Source: Azolla caroliniana
Lineage: Eukaryota > Plantae > Polypodiophyta
Reading direction: 5' to 3'
DNA length: 64,000 bases
NCBI GenBank assembly: GCA_043228905.1
Contig: JBHGNT010000022.1
Coordinates: 3,658,001 to 3,722,000, forward strand
The notes below the pieces were generated by a model. The model ran no database searches and was not told the origin of the DNA. It saw nothing but the letters and a program-made list of their open reading frames with translations. Positions 25,864 to 38,144 of this stretch are shown one piece after another. Numbering within the stretch: the first letter of the stretch is position 1; every line of letters starts with the position of its first letter. The position numbers and the translations under genes are program-made.

Positions 25864-27137
25864 AGGTATATGTTTTGTATATTGTGTAATACGTATGGAT
25901 TATATGATATGTAGTATGTAATTTAATTATGTGTCTGTGCGTGTATGTGTGTGTGCATGTGTGTGTAACTTGTTTGTATGTATGTAGCATTATGCATTTA
26001 CATATATGTATTTATGTATGTGTATGTACGTATTTACATATGATATAATATATATTTGTGCATATATTCATGTTTAGTCGGTATGCATAAATGGGTGTAA
26101 TATATGTATATGTATATTCATAGATGTAATGTTTAAATGTAGGTATATATCATGTATATGTATATATGTATACAATATGCTATTCCAAATTTCACAATTG
26201 TTTATAGAATATATTCTTTATTATCTCATTGAAATATCTAATATTTCATGGGCTTATGTATTTTTTTTTCTAACACAATTAATAATGCCCTTATGCAAAT
26301 ATATTTCTTATGTATTTTTTAATACCCTTACATACATACATTTTGTATCTCAATGGTTAATTTAAACCGCTTTTCATGAACTCACGTGCTATCATACACG
26401 TTTTGACAGTGAAGCCCACGGGGTTTCCTGTTTGTCTTGCCTTTTCCTAATTATCATTTTATGCTCAACGTGTAAATGTGTTCTCTAATGATCGTTTTGT
26501 ATTAGAAGTTATCATTTTATCGTAAACAAGCATACCCAATGAAGAATGATCGATTTGGACTAAAAGTTATGATTTTATCCTGAGGATATATACCCTTCAC
26601 GTGTAGATGTATTATCATTTTCTGGTCAACGTGTAGATGTATTCTCTAATCATCGTTTTGTATTAGAAGTTATCATTCTATCGTAAAAAAGCATACCCAA
26701 TCAAGAATGATCGATTTTGACTAAAGGTTAGGATTCTACCGTCACGATATATACCCTTAACGTGGAGATGTATTATCATTTTATCCTCATCGTGTAGATG
26801 TATTGTTTTGGTTTCCCAATCATGAATGATCCTTTTGGTTTCCTTCATTCAATTCGAGATTATCGCTTTGTATTCGACGGAAAAAAATCATGAATAATCA
26901 TTTTATATGAGAAGTTATCAATTTAATCTCAATTTTAGGCAATCTTGAAGGATATGTACAAGTTACTATATTATTCTAAAGGTGTGTAGCCAATGGAAAA
27001 TAATCTCGCCTTAATATCCGACAACATACATATTTCTGTTTTAAATTTTGCTTGGCGTTGTCTACAAAACTTTATGGCTATTCATATGGTGAAGGTGTTA
27101 GAGAGCTTGAGAAATACTAACGAAGACCAGTTCATCG

Positions 27138-27211
27138 TGGCCAATGGAGTTTTCGAACCTGCGACCTTCGCGTTATTAGCACGACGCTCTAACCAACTGA
27201 GCTAATTGGCC
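27138..27211 (-). tRNA. tRNA-Ile(AAU) copy 14 (C61A)
   Basis: One change from the array consensus. Confidence 0.7.
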
Positions 27212-27763
27212 ATGTCTATTTAATATTTTGCCAAGCCGACACATGAAAGGTTTCCTTTTCATATTTTGAAAGGATACAAAAACTTTATATACTCATGTGA
27301 CATGAATGAATAAATAAATCTTTTCCAAACATGTTGTAGAGGTTTCCTGTTTGTGTTGCCTTTTCCTAATTATCATTTTATCCTCAATCATTATATGATA
27401 CTACCTAATCGTGTAGATGTATTCTTTTGGTTTCCCAATCATGAATGATCTATTCGGTTTCCTTCATTCAATTAGAATCTATCGCTTTGTATTCGACGGA
27501 AACCAAATCATTAATGATCATTTTATACGAGAAGTTATCAATTTAATCTCAATTTTAGGCCATCTTGAAGGATATGTGTGGATTACAAGTTACTATTTTA
27601 TTCTAAAGGTGTGCAACCAATCGACAATAAATTCGCCTTAATATGCGCCAACATACATATTTTTGTTTTAAATTCTGCTTGTCGTTGTCTCCAAACGTTA
27701 TGGCTATTCGTATGGTGAAGTTGTCAGAGAGCTTGGGAAATACTAACGAAGACCATTTCCTAG

Positions 27764-27837
27764 TGGCCAATGGAGGTTTCGAACTTGCGACCTTCGCGTT
27801 ATTAGCACGACGCTCTAACCAACTGAGCTAATTGGCC
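27764..27837 (-). tRNA. tRNA-Ile(AAU) copy 15 (G52A)
   Basis: One change from the array consensus. Confidence 0.75.
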
Positions 27838-28688
27838 ATGTTTATTTAATATTTTGCGAAGCCGACACATGAAAGGTTTCCTTTTCATATTTTGAAACTA
27901 TCCAAAAAGTTTATATCCTCGTGCGACATGAATGAATAAATAAATCTTTTGCAAACATGTTGTAGAGGTTTCCTGTTTGTGTTGCCTTTTCCTAATTATC
28001 ATTTTATCCTCACTTGTAGATGTGTTCTCTAATGATCGTTTTGTATTAGAAGTTATCATTTTATCGTAAACAAGCATACCCAATGAAGAATGATCGATTT
28101 GGACTAAAAGTTATGATTTTATCCTCAGGATATATACCCTTCACTTGTAGATGTATTATCATTTTCTCGTCAACGTGTAGATGTATTCTCTAATCATCGT
28201 TTTGTATTAGAAGTTATCATTTTATCGTAAAAAAGCATACCCAATCAAGAATGATCGATTTTGACTAAAGGTTAGGATTCTACCGTCACGATATATACCC
28301 TTAACGTGGAGATGTATTATCATTTTATCCTCATCGTGTAGATGTATTGTTTTGGTTTCCCAATCATGAATGATCCTTTTGGTTTCCTTCATTCAATTCG
28401 AAATTATCGCTTTGTATTCGACGGAAACCAAATCATGAATGATCATTTTATATGAGAAGTTATCAATTTAATATCAATTTTAGCCAATCTTGAAGGATAT
28501 GTGTGGATTACAAGTTACTATTTTATTGTAAAGGTGTATAGCAAATGGACAATAATATCGCCTTAATATGCGGCAACATACATATTTGTATTTTAAATTT
28601 TGCCTGTATTTGTCGACAAACTTTATGGCTTTTCGTATAGTGAAGGTGTTCGAGAGCTTGGGAAATACTAACGAAGACCAGTTCATCG

Positions 28689-28762
28689 TGGCCAATGGAG
28701 GTTTCGAACCTGCGACCTTCGCGTTATTAGCATGACGCTCTAACCAACTGAGCTAATTATCC
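28689..28762 (-). pseudogene. tRNA-Ile(AAU) copy 16, acceptor stem mismatched
   Basis: 5' end reads GGATAAT. Confidence 0.75.
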
Positions 28763-29599
28763 ATGTCTATTTCATATTTTGGCAAGCCTACACCTAAAAG
28801 GTTTCCTTTTCATATTTTGAAAGTATACAAAAACTTTATATACTCGTACGTGTAGATATATTCTCTAATTATCGTTTTGTATTAGAATTTATCATTTTAT
28901 GGTAAAGAAGCATACCCAATGAACAATGATCGATATGAACTAAAGGTTACGATTCGACCCTCGGGATATATACCCTTAACGTGGAGATGTATTATCATTT
29001 TATCCTCATCGTGTGGATGTATTCTTTTGGTTTCCCAATCATGAATGATCCTTTTGGTTTCCTTCATTCAATTCGAGATTTTCGCTTTGTATTCGACGGA
29101 AACCAAATCATGAATGCTCATTTTATATGAGAAGTTATCAATTTAATCTCAATTTTAGGCAATCTTGAAGGATATGTGTGGATTACATGTTACTATTTTA
29201 TTCTAAAGGTGTGTAGCCAATGGACAATAATATCGCCTTAATATCGTGTGGATGTATTCTTTTGGTTTCCCAATCATGAATGATCCTATTGGTTTCCTTC
29301 ATTCCATTCGAGATTATCGTTTTGTAATCGACGGAAACCAAATCATGAATGATCATTTTATACGAAAAGTTATCAATTTAATCTCAATTTTAGGCAATCT
29401 TGAAGGATATGCGTGGATTACACGTTACTATTTGATTGTAAAGGTGTGTAGCCAATCAACAATAATCTCGCCTTAATATGCAGCAACATACATATTTCTA
29501 TTTTTAAATTTTTCTTGTCGTTGTCTACCAACATTGTGCCTATTCATATGGTGAAGGTGTTAGAGAGCTTGGGAAATACTAACGAAGACCAGTTCATCG

Positions 29600-29673
29600 T
29601 GGCCAATGGAGGTTTCGAACCTACGACCTTCGCGTTATTAGCACGATGCTCTTACCAACTGAGCTAATTGGCC
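29600..29673 (-). tRNA. tRNA-Ile(AAU) copy 17
   Basis: Three changes from consensus; A and B boxes intact. Confidence 0.8.
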
Positions 29674-30525
29674 ATGTTTATTTAATATTTTGCCAAGCTT
29701 ATACATGAAAGGTTTCCTTTTCATATTTTGAAAGTATACAAAAACTTTATGTACTCTTGCGACATGAATGAATAAATAAATCTTTCCCTAACATGTTCTG
29801 GAGATTTCCTGTTTGTGTTGCCTTTTCCTAATTATCATTTTATGCTCAACGTGTAGATGTGTTGTCTAATGATCATTTTGTATTAGAAGTTATCATTTTA
29901 TCGTAACTAAGCATACCCAATAAAGAATGATCGATTTGGACTAAAAGATATGATTTTATCCAGAGGATATATACCCTTAACGTGTAGATGTATTATCATT
30001 TTATCGTCAACGTGTAGATGTATTCTCTAATCATCGTTTTGTATTAGAAGTTATCATTTTATCGTAAAGAAGCATAGTCAATCAACAATGATCAATTTGG
30101 ACTAAAGGTTATGATTCTACCCTCAGGATATATACCCTTAACGTGGAGATGTATTATCATTTTATCCTCATCGTGTGGATGTATTCTTTTGGTTTCCCAA
30201 CCATGAATGATCCTTTTGGTTTCGTTCATTCCATTCGAGATTATCTCTTTGTAATCGACGGAAACCAAATAATGAATGATCATTTTATATGTAAAGTTAT
30301 CAATTTAATCTCAATTTTAGCCAATCTTGAAAGATATGCGTGGATTACACGTTACTATTTGATTCTAAAGGTGTGTAGCCAATCAACAATAATCTCGCCT
30401 TAATATGCGGCAGCTTACATATTTCTGTTTTAAATTTTGCTTGTCGTTGTCTACCAACTTTGTGCCTATTCATATGGTGAAGGTGTTAGAGAGCTTGGGA
30501 AATACTAACGAAGACCAGTTCATCG

Positions 30526-30599
30526 TGGCCAATGGAGGTTTCGAACCTGCGACCTTCGCGTTATTAGCACGACGCTCTAACCAACTGAGCTAATTGGCC
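30526..30599 (-). tRNA. tRNA-Ile(AAU) copy 18 (equals array consensus)
   Basis: Perfect acceptor and D stems; A-box TAGCTCAGTTGG; B-box GGTTCGAAACC; only the array-wide C50:C64 mismatch. Confidence 0.92.
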
Positions 30600-31451
30600 A
30601 TGTCTTTTTAATATTTTGCCAAGCTGACACATGAAAGGTTTCCTTTTCATATTTTGAAAGTATACAAAAACTTTATATCCTCGTGCGACATGAATGAATA
30701 AATAAATCTTTTCCAAACATGTTGTAGAGGTTTCCTGTTTGTGTTGCCTTTTCCTAATTATCAGTTTATCCTCAACCTGTAGATGTGTTCTGTAATGATC
30801 GTTTTGTATTAGAAGTTATCATTTTACCGTAAACAAGCATACCCAATGAAGAATGATCGATTTGGAGTAAAAGTTATGATTTTATCCTCAAGATATATAC
30901 CCTTCACTTGTAGATGTATTATCATTTTCTCGTCAACGTGTAGATGTATTCTCTAAACATCGTTTTGTATTAGAAGTTATCATTTTATCGTAAAGAAGCA
31001 TACCCAATCAAGAATGATCGATTTTGACTAAAGGTTAGGATTCTACTGTCACGATATATACCCTTAACGTGGAGATGTATTATCATTTTATCCTCATCGT
31101 GTAGGTGTATTGTTTTGGTTTCCCAATCATGAATGATCCTTTTGGTTTCCTTCATTCAATTCGAGATTATCGCTTTGTATTCGACGGAAACCAAATCTTG
31201 AATGCTCATTTTATATGAGAAGTTATCAATTTAATCTCAATTTTAGGCAATCTTGAAGGATATGTGTGGATTACAAGTTACTATTTTATTTTAAAGGTGT
31301 GTAGCCAATGGACAATAATATCGCCTTAATATGCGTCAACATATATATTTCTATTTTAAATTTTTCTTGTCGTTGTCGACAAACTTTATGGCTATTCGTA
31401 TGGTGAAGGTGTTCGAGAGCTTGGGAAATACTAACGAAGACCAGTTCTTCG

Positions 31452-31525
31452 TGGCCAATGGAGGTTTCGAACTTGCGACCTTCGCGTTATTAGCACGGCG
31501 CTCTAACCAACTGAGCTAATTGTCC
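31452..31525 (-). pseudogene. tRNA-Ile(AAU) copy 19
   Basis: Mismatches in three stems. Confidence 0.75.
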
Positions 31526-32377
31526 ATGTCTATTGCATATTTTGGCAAGACAACACCTGAAAGGTTTCCTTTTAATATTTTGAAAGTATACAAAAACTTT
31601 ATATACTCATGCGACATGAATGAATAAATAAATCATTTCCAAACATGTTATGGAGGTTTCCTGTTTGTGTTGCCTTTTCCTAATTATCATTTTATGCTCA
31701 ACGTGTAGATGTGTTGTCTAATTATCGTTTTGTCTTCGAAGTTATGATTTTATCGTAAATAAGCATACCCAATGAAGAATGATCGATTTGGAGTAAAAGT
31801 TATGATTTTATCCTCAGGATATATACCATTAACGTGTAGATGTATTATTATTTCATCGTCAACGTGTAGATGTATTCTCTAATCATCAGTTTGTATTAGA
31901 AGTTATCATTTTATGCTAAAGAAGCATACCCAATCAACAATGATCGATTTGGACTAAAGGTTACGATTCTACCCTCGGGATATATACCTTTAACGTGGAG
32001 ATGTATTATCATTTTATCCTCATCGTGTGGATGTATTCTTTTGCTTTCCCAATACTGAATGATCCTTTTGGTTTCCTTCATTCCATTCGAGATTATCGTT
32101 TTGTATTCGATGGAAACCAAATCATGAATGATCATTTTATACGAAAAGTTATCAATTTAATCTCAATTTTAGCCAATCTTGAAGGATACGCGTGGATTAC
32201 ACGTTACTATTTGATTCTAAAGGTGTGTAGCCAATCAACAATAATCTCACCTTAATATGCAGCAACTTACATATTTCTGTTTTAAATTTTTCTTGTCGTT
32301 GTCTACCAACTTTGTGCCTATTCATATGGTGAAGGTGTTAGAGAGCTTGGGAAATACAAACGAAGACCAGTTCATCG

Positions 32378-32451
32378 TGGCCAATGGAGGTTTCGAACCT
32401 GCGACCTTCGCGTTATTAGCACGACGCTCTTACCAACTGAACTAATTGGCC
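32378..32451 (-). tRNA. tRNA-Ile(AAU) copy 20
   Basis: Two structurally tolerable changes (a D-stem wobble and a D-loop change). Confidence 0.85.
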
Positions 32452-33303
32452 ATGTTTATTTAATATTTTTCCAAGCTTATACATGAAAGGTTTCCTTTTC
32501 ATATTTTGAAAGTTTACAAAAACTTTATATACTCGTGCAACATGAATGAATAAATAAATCTTTTCCAAACATGTTCTGGAGGTTTCCTGTTTGTGTTGCC
32601 TTTTCCTAATTATCATTTTATGCTCAACGTGTAGATGTGTTGTCTAATGATCATTTTGTATTAGAAGTTATCATTTTATCGTAAATAAGCATACCCAATA
32701 AAGAATGATCGATTTGGACTAAAAGATATGATTTTATCCTGAGGATATATACCCTTAACATGTAGATGTATTATCATTTTATCGTCAACGTGTAGATGTA
32801 TTCTCTAAACATCATTTTGTATTAGAAGTTATCATTTTATCGTAAAGAAGCATAGTCCATCAACAATGATCAATTTGGACTAAAGGTTATGATTCTACCC
32901 TCAGGATATATACCCTTAACGTGGAGATGTATTATCATTTTATCCTCATCGTGTGGATGTATTCTTTTGGTTTCCCAATCATGAATGATCCTTTTGGTTT
33001 CCTTCATTCCATTCGAGATTATCTCTTTGTAATCGACGGAAACAAAATAATGAATGATCATTTGATATGAAAAGTTATCAATTTAATCTCAATTTTAGCC
33101 AATCTTGAAGGATATGCGTGGATTACACGTTACTATTTGATTCTAAAGGTGTGTAGCCAATCAACAATAATCTCACCGTAATATGCGGCAACTTACATAT
33201 TTCTGTTTTAAATTTTGCTTGTCGTTGTCTACCATCTTTGTGCCTATTCATATGGTGAAGGTGTTAGAGAGCTTGGGAAATAGTAAGGAAGACCAGTTCA
33301 TCG

Positions 33304-33377
33304 TGGCCAATGGAGGTTTCGAACCTGCGACCTTCGCGTTATTAGCACGACGCTCTAACCAACTGAGCTCATTGGCC
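33304..33377 (-). tRNA. tRNA-Ile(AAU) copy 21 (T8G)
   Basis: One change from the array consensus. Confidence 0.8.
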
Positions 33378-33484
33378 ATGTCTTTTTAATATTTTGCCAA
33401 GCTTACACATGAAAGGTTTCCTTTTCATATTTTGAAAGTATACAAAAACTTTATAAAAGTTATTGTTTTATCCTTAGGATATAT

Positions 33485-36400
33485 GGTATTGCTAGGGCCA
33501 GACAACAGCCTAACACAGGGTGTCCCCTTAAGACATTTCACCAAACGGTGGTACGGTAGAATGACTTATGGCACAACGGTTAATTAGACCTTAATCGATT
33601 ACTTAAGAATACATCATTAAGACCCGTAAGATATACAATAAGCAGAGAACGGTAATCAACACTGACAGATTAAGGCAATAAGTTCTATTAGTTATCTGCT
33701 TTCCATTACATTGTAACCGGGCCTTTATATTGGTCTCCGGTGCGAATTACAAAATGGTGCCAACTGGCACCTTTTCCGGATCGGTCCGAATCCGGATTGG
33801 TATACTCATTCCGGTCTGTCCGTCCACATCTTCTCATATATTAGTATATATTATAAGAATACTAATTACAACAGTTCCCGAATAACTATTCCTTTCACAC
33901 TCTGGTTTGGACCTCCTTAAGCCTTCTTGCCGGCCGGTAACACATGGTATGCCCATGGGATAGTACCTTGTACGTCGAACCCATTATCCGGCCCTTTTAC
34001 GCTTCGTCCAAAATGTTCAGAATTCCTTGCTCTAAAATTTCCAATGGCTCAGTCTGCGGCTTCGTTTGTGCCTTTGGCACCGACGTTTTCTTCGTTGGTT
34101 CCTCTGTCGGAGTTGTCTCTGGCTGACTGACCCCGGCCTGGTCCCCATCTGGTCCTAGTACCGGCGACGGTTTCTTATCACTAAGGTTGACCAGTGCCAC
34201 CTTTCTCGCTTTTTCTTCCCGAAGCCGGGACCGCTCATAGCTCTCAAACTGGATTTGAGCCTCCAGCCAATCGTCGTCTAGTTGAGCTACGAGCTTCCGG
34301 ACATATACCAATTGTTCATCCGCCAGGGCTGTGAAATCTTCCGCCAGCTCATCCCTTATGGCGGTGAAGTCCTCTGAGGTCAGCGTATAACAGTCGTCAC
34401 CCTCCTTCCGCCGGTTTTCTACGTCCGCCCTGAGCAATTGGAGTTCTGCCGTATTCTGCGCCCATTTCCTCCACCAACGCACAGAGTTGTCGTCAATGAA
34501 GCTTTTGTTCTTAGTGAGCCATGACCGGAGGATGCATTGGATCCGTTCGGCTCCCATCCGTGATTTATTTTCTGCGGCTTGTCGCTCCTCCTTCAATTGC
34601 TTAATGACTCGGACCGTGTCCGCCTCCTGCTCCCTATAATGCGACAATTGATTTTGATAGGTTGTTTGCAACCTCTGTAATACCATTGTCGCTCTTTCCT
34701 TGTCTTCATGGTTCTGTTTGTGGAGCTCCATCCAGTCATTCGCCGCTTCCTCCAATAGCTTGGAACTCTCAGCTCGTTCTTCGGCGAGTGCCGTTGTGGC
34801 CCTATCAACTTCTTGCCGAGCTTGGCCATTCGTTCTTGTTGTTGCTTATACTCTGTCTCCAGCTGCTTGTAGTCCCGATGCAGATGATCAAAATCATCGG
34901 TCTTCTGCTTCAGCCTCTAGTTGATCCGCCGGTGCGCGCGGTTCTCCCGGTCCTTCTGGTGACGGAGTTCCTCCTTCAGCCTCTCGATTTTCGTCTCCAC
35001 CATCCGTCGCAGCTTGTCTTTTTCCTACAACAATTTCTCTTCTTCCTCCTTTAGCTGGTCGTAAGCATGATGTCCTTTACGCAGGTTTTCCTCTGCCCGG
35101 CGGAGGTTCTCAACACTCTTTTTCAATTCTTCTTTGGCCACCTTCTTCAAGTCGCGTTCGCGGCTCCGTAATGCTTCTTGTGTGGCAAGTTCATCTCATA
35201 ATTCTGCAAGCTCTTGGGCTTGCGCCGCATCTTTCTCCGGGAAAATTTGTGTCTCTGGGGTCTTGTTCCTCTATACATCAACCGGAGTCACCGGTGCTTG
35301 GATCTACGTTGCAGTTAAGGCCATTTTGGCCATGTCTCCTGTGATCCGATCCAAGTCTTGTTCGAGGCACCGTATCCTTGACCGAGTTGTCTACAGTTCA
35401 TCGGTTGTGACGAGCAACCATTCCATTGGCTGTCGATGCACTATTGTTGCGCTTGCACAGAGGGTTGGTTGATGGGTTCACTCGCTGGTGGCTGGTTCCG
35501 CCTTACTGCGTCGAGCTGCCCTTCTGGCTCTGCCAGCTGACCACTTTGCCGTTCCGGCTCTGAGTGTGTTTCGGCTAGCCGTCCCTTGTCTGCTTGTTCT
35601 TGGCCGGCTGGGAAGGTTGGCCTTTGTGTATCCGGCTCTTGAGTTACGGGGCTTGCCGGTGCTGCCTCTTGCGCAGGGACTTATGTGACCGGTTCCATCC
35701 AAACCGGTTCTGGTGCCTCCCTTGGCATGGGATGCTCAGTGTGAGTTGCTGGCGTTCTATCCTTCTGTAGGTCCGAACGCTTCTCGGCTGATTCAGCGGT
35801 GCTCTTCACCGGCCGCCGCTGGAGGTGCTCCATGGGTTCTTCCTCCATTTCCTCTGCCTGAGTCCCGAAATTCATTCTTGCCGCCAAGGTGTCCGTTTCT
35901 TGTTGCACCGGTCGATGGAGTGGGCTCTTCAGGGGCCGTGCCAGTGTCTCCTCCTGTGTTGCCGTCGGCCGCTTCCGGCTGGCGCGCTCCTTTGCCGCCT
36001 TCTTTGCGTCGGCCGTCTTCCCCTTAGTGGCCTTGGAGGCCAACAGTTGTTGCCGTTTCGAAGCAGGTTTCGGGGTGCTGTCCGTTGCTCTTCCCCGCTT
36101 CTTGGTTTAGACGGGCTCGACCGGTGGCGCCAATAGGGTGAGCCATTGCGTCACCGCATGCCATATTTTCCGGCTTTCCTTGCCATCCTTTCCTCTTACT
36201 ATATCAATTGTCGTACACATCCCATCGGCGATCAGCACTAGCCAATCCACCTTGACCCCTTCGTACGTTGCGATGATCAAGCCTGCTCGGTTCTGAGGCA
36301 TGACGGGGGGTCGAGGGTACACGTGGCCGAACTCATGGAGCACACGGGCAATTTCACGGAATAGCATATCTTTGCCACCCTGTGTCCTGTAGCCCTTGCT

Positions 36401-36835
36401 GGCGAGAGAGTACTGACCGAAATATTTGATGAGTTGCTCGGAGGTAGGATTGTCAATCGTGTAGATGCCTCCCTCCGGAACGCCTATTAGCGCACGGATC
36501 GCCTCCTCCGTGATCACTTCTGTGTCGATTTCTTTGATAATCTTTTCGGCCTCCTTGTGTGGCACCGCCTCCATGATCGTTAGGAAACCCTCTAGTCCGT
36601 GCTGCCGTAGCCATTTCTTGGTGGCTTCAGACAGTGTTTGGCAATCCATCTCTGCGTCGAGGTAGGAGAGCGTTGGCGAGGTTTGGTGTTGGGGAGAGTG
36701 TGAGAGAGAAAGTTCTGAGGGAGGGGGTTCTCTGTGTGCGAGCTCTCTGTGAATGATCTTCACACGTCTATCTACGTCTGTTCTCCTTGGTTCGCGATAG
36801 GACAAGGTCTCGATATGTGGGGATTTTCTCTCTGC
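33485..36835 (-). mobile_element. 3' fragment of an LTR retrotransposon: accessory coiled-coil ORF followed by a truncated LTR (33899 to about 33485)
   Basis: The minus strand starts TGTGAAAGG at 33899 with TATAAAGG downstream; upstream are broken ORFs 36107-36856, 35681-36043 and 33997-34755; no TSD. Confidence 0.65.
33997..36830 (-). pseudogene. Broken ~900-aa accessory ORF (globular N-terminus, low-complexity linker, E/K/R/Q-rich coiled coil)
   Basis: Consecutive minus-strand ORF pieces; no gag or pol motif recognised. Confidence 0.6.
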
Positions 36836-37144
36836 AACCAAATCATGAATGATCAATTTATATGAAAAGTTATCAATTTAATCTCAATTTTAGCCAATCT
36901 TGAAGGATATGTGTCGATTACAAGTTACTATTTTATTCTTAAGGTGTGTAACCAATCAACAATAATCTCGCCTTAATATGCGGCAACATACATATTTCTG
37001 TTTTAAATTTTTCTTGTCGTTGTTAACAAACTTTATGGCTATTCGTATGGTGATTTTTCTTGTTGTTGTCAAAAAACTTTATGGCTATTCGTATGGTGAA
37101 GGTGATAGAGAGCTTGGGAAATATTAACGAAGACCAGTTCATCA

Positions 37145-37218
37145 TGGCCAATGGAGGTTTCGAACCTGCGACCTTCGCGTTATTAGCACGACGCTCTAAC
37201 CAACTGAGTTAATTGGCC
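37145..37218 (-). tRNA. tRNA-Ile(AAU) copy 22 (G10A)
   Basis: One change from the array consensus. Confidence 0.78.
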
Positions 37219-38070
37219 ATTTCTATTTCATATTTTGCCAAGCCTACACATGAAAGGTTTCCTTTTCATATTTTGAAAGTATACAAAAACTTTATATACT
37301 CGTGCGACATGAATGAATAAATAAATCTTTTCCAAACTTGTTGTAGAGGTTTCCTATTTGTGTTGCCTTTTCCTAATTATCATTTTATCCTCAACCTGTA
37401 GATGTGTTCTCTAATGATCATTTTGTATTAGAAGTTATCATCTTATCGTAAACAAGCATACCCAATGAAGAATGATCGATTTGAACTAAAAGCTATGATT
37501 TTATCCTCAGGATATATACCTTTAACATGTAGATGTATTATCATTTTATCATCAACGTGTAGATGTATTGTCTAATAATCGTTTTATATTAGAAGTTATC
37601 ATTTTATCGTAAAGAAGCATACCCAATCAAGAATTATCGATTTTCAGTAAAGGTTATGATTCTACCCTCAGGATATATACCCTTAACGTGGAGATGTATT
37701 ATCATTTTATCCTTATCGTGTAGATGTATTGTTTTGGTTTCCCAATTATGAATGATCCTTTTGGTTTCCTTTATTCAATTCGAAACTATCACTTTGTATA
37801 TGACAGAAACGAAATAATGAATGATCATTTTATATGAGAAGTTATCAATTTAATCTCAATTTTAGCTAATCTTGAAAGATATGTGTGGATTACAAGTTAC
37901 TATTTTATTCTAAAGGTGTATAACCAATCGACAAAAATCTCGCCTTAATATGCAGCAACATACATATTTCTATTTTAAATTTTTCTTGTCGTTGTCAAGA
38001 AACTTTATGACTATTCGTATGGTGAAGGTTTTAGAGAGCTTGGGAAATACTAACGAAGACCAGTTCATTG

Positions 38071-38144
38071 TGGCCAATGAAGGTTTCAAACCTGCAACCG
38101 TCGCGCTATTAGCACGACGCGTTTACCAACTGAGCTAATTGGCC
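38071..38144 (-). pseudogene. tRNA-Ile(AAU) copy 23, defective variant
   Basis: D-stem GCTC/ACGC broken; T-loop TTTGAAA. Confidence 0.88.

Larger units (their letters stand above)
20460..26140. repeat. Long degenerate (TATG/TGTA/CATA)n tract split by two LINE insertions
   Basis: Tracts at about 20460-21820, 24638-25330 and 25864-26140; includes a diverged ~270-bp duplication (about 21540-21800 vs 24950-25200). Confidence 0.9.
10653..26422. mobile_element. Non-autonomous TIR DNA element carrying gene fragments (Pack-type), with nested retroelements
   Basis: Left end CTCGGGGGCTCCACTA...CACATGCGTTCATGA matches the reverse-complemented right end CCCGTGGGCTTCACTG...CACGTGAGTTCATGA (imperfect ~50-bp TIR). 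TSD GTTTGCTG (10645-10652) / GTTTCCTG (26423-26430). Removing the element restores a 918-bp array unit. Confidence 0.8.

Noticed and set aside
20503-26365. Many C/V/Y/M- and H/T/I-rich ORFs, including the N-terminus of the 969-aa ORF
   Set aside because: They are translations of stop-poor (TATG/TG)n tracts.
10664-26411. CACTA superfamily assignment for the TIR element (CACTA at left, CAGTG at right)
   Set aside because: These motifs lie 11 bp inside the inverted repeat and have no 3-bp TSD; array sequence resumes only at the outer ends.
30420-30526. Possible C/D snoRNA directly behind the tRNA (ACGATGA resembles a C box)
   Set aside because: The C box is imperfect in nearly all copies (ATGATGA only in copy 22, explained by CpG decay), and no CTGA D box lies at a suitable distance.
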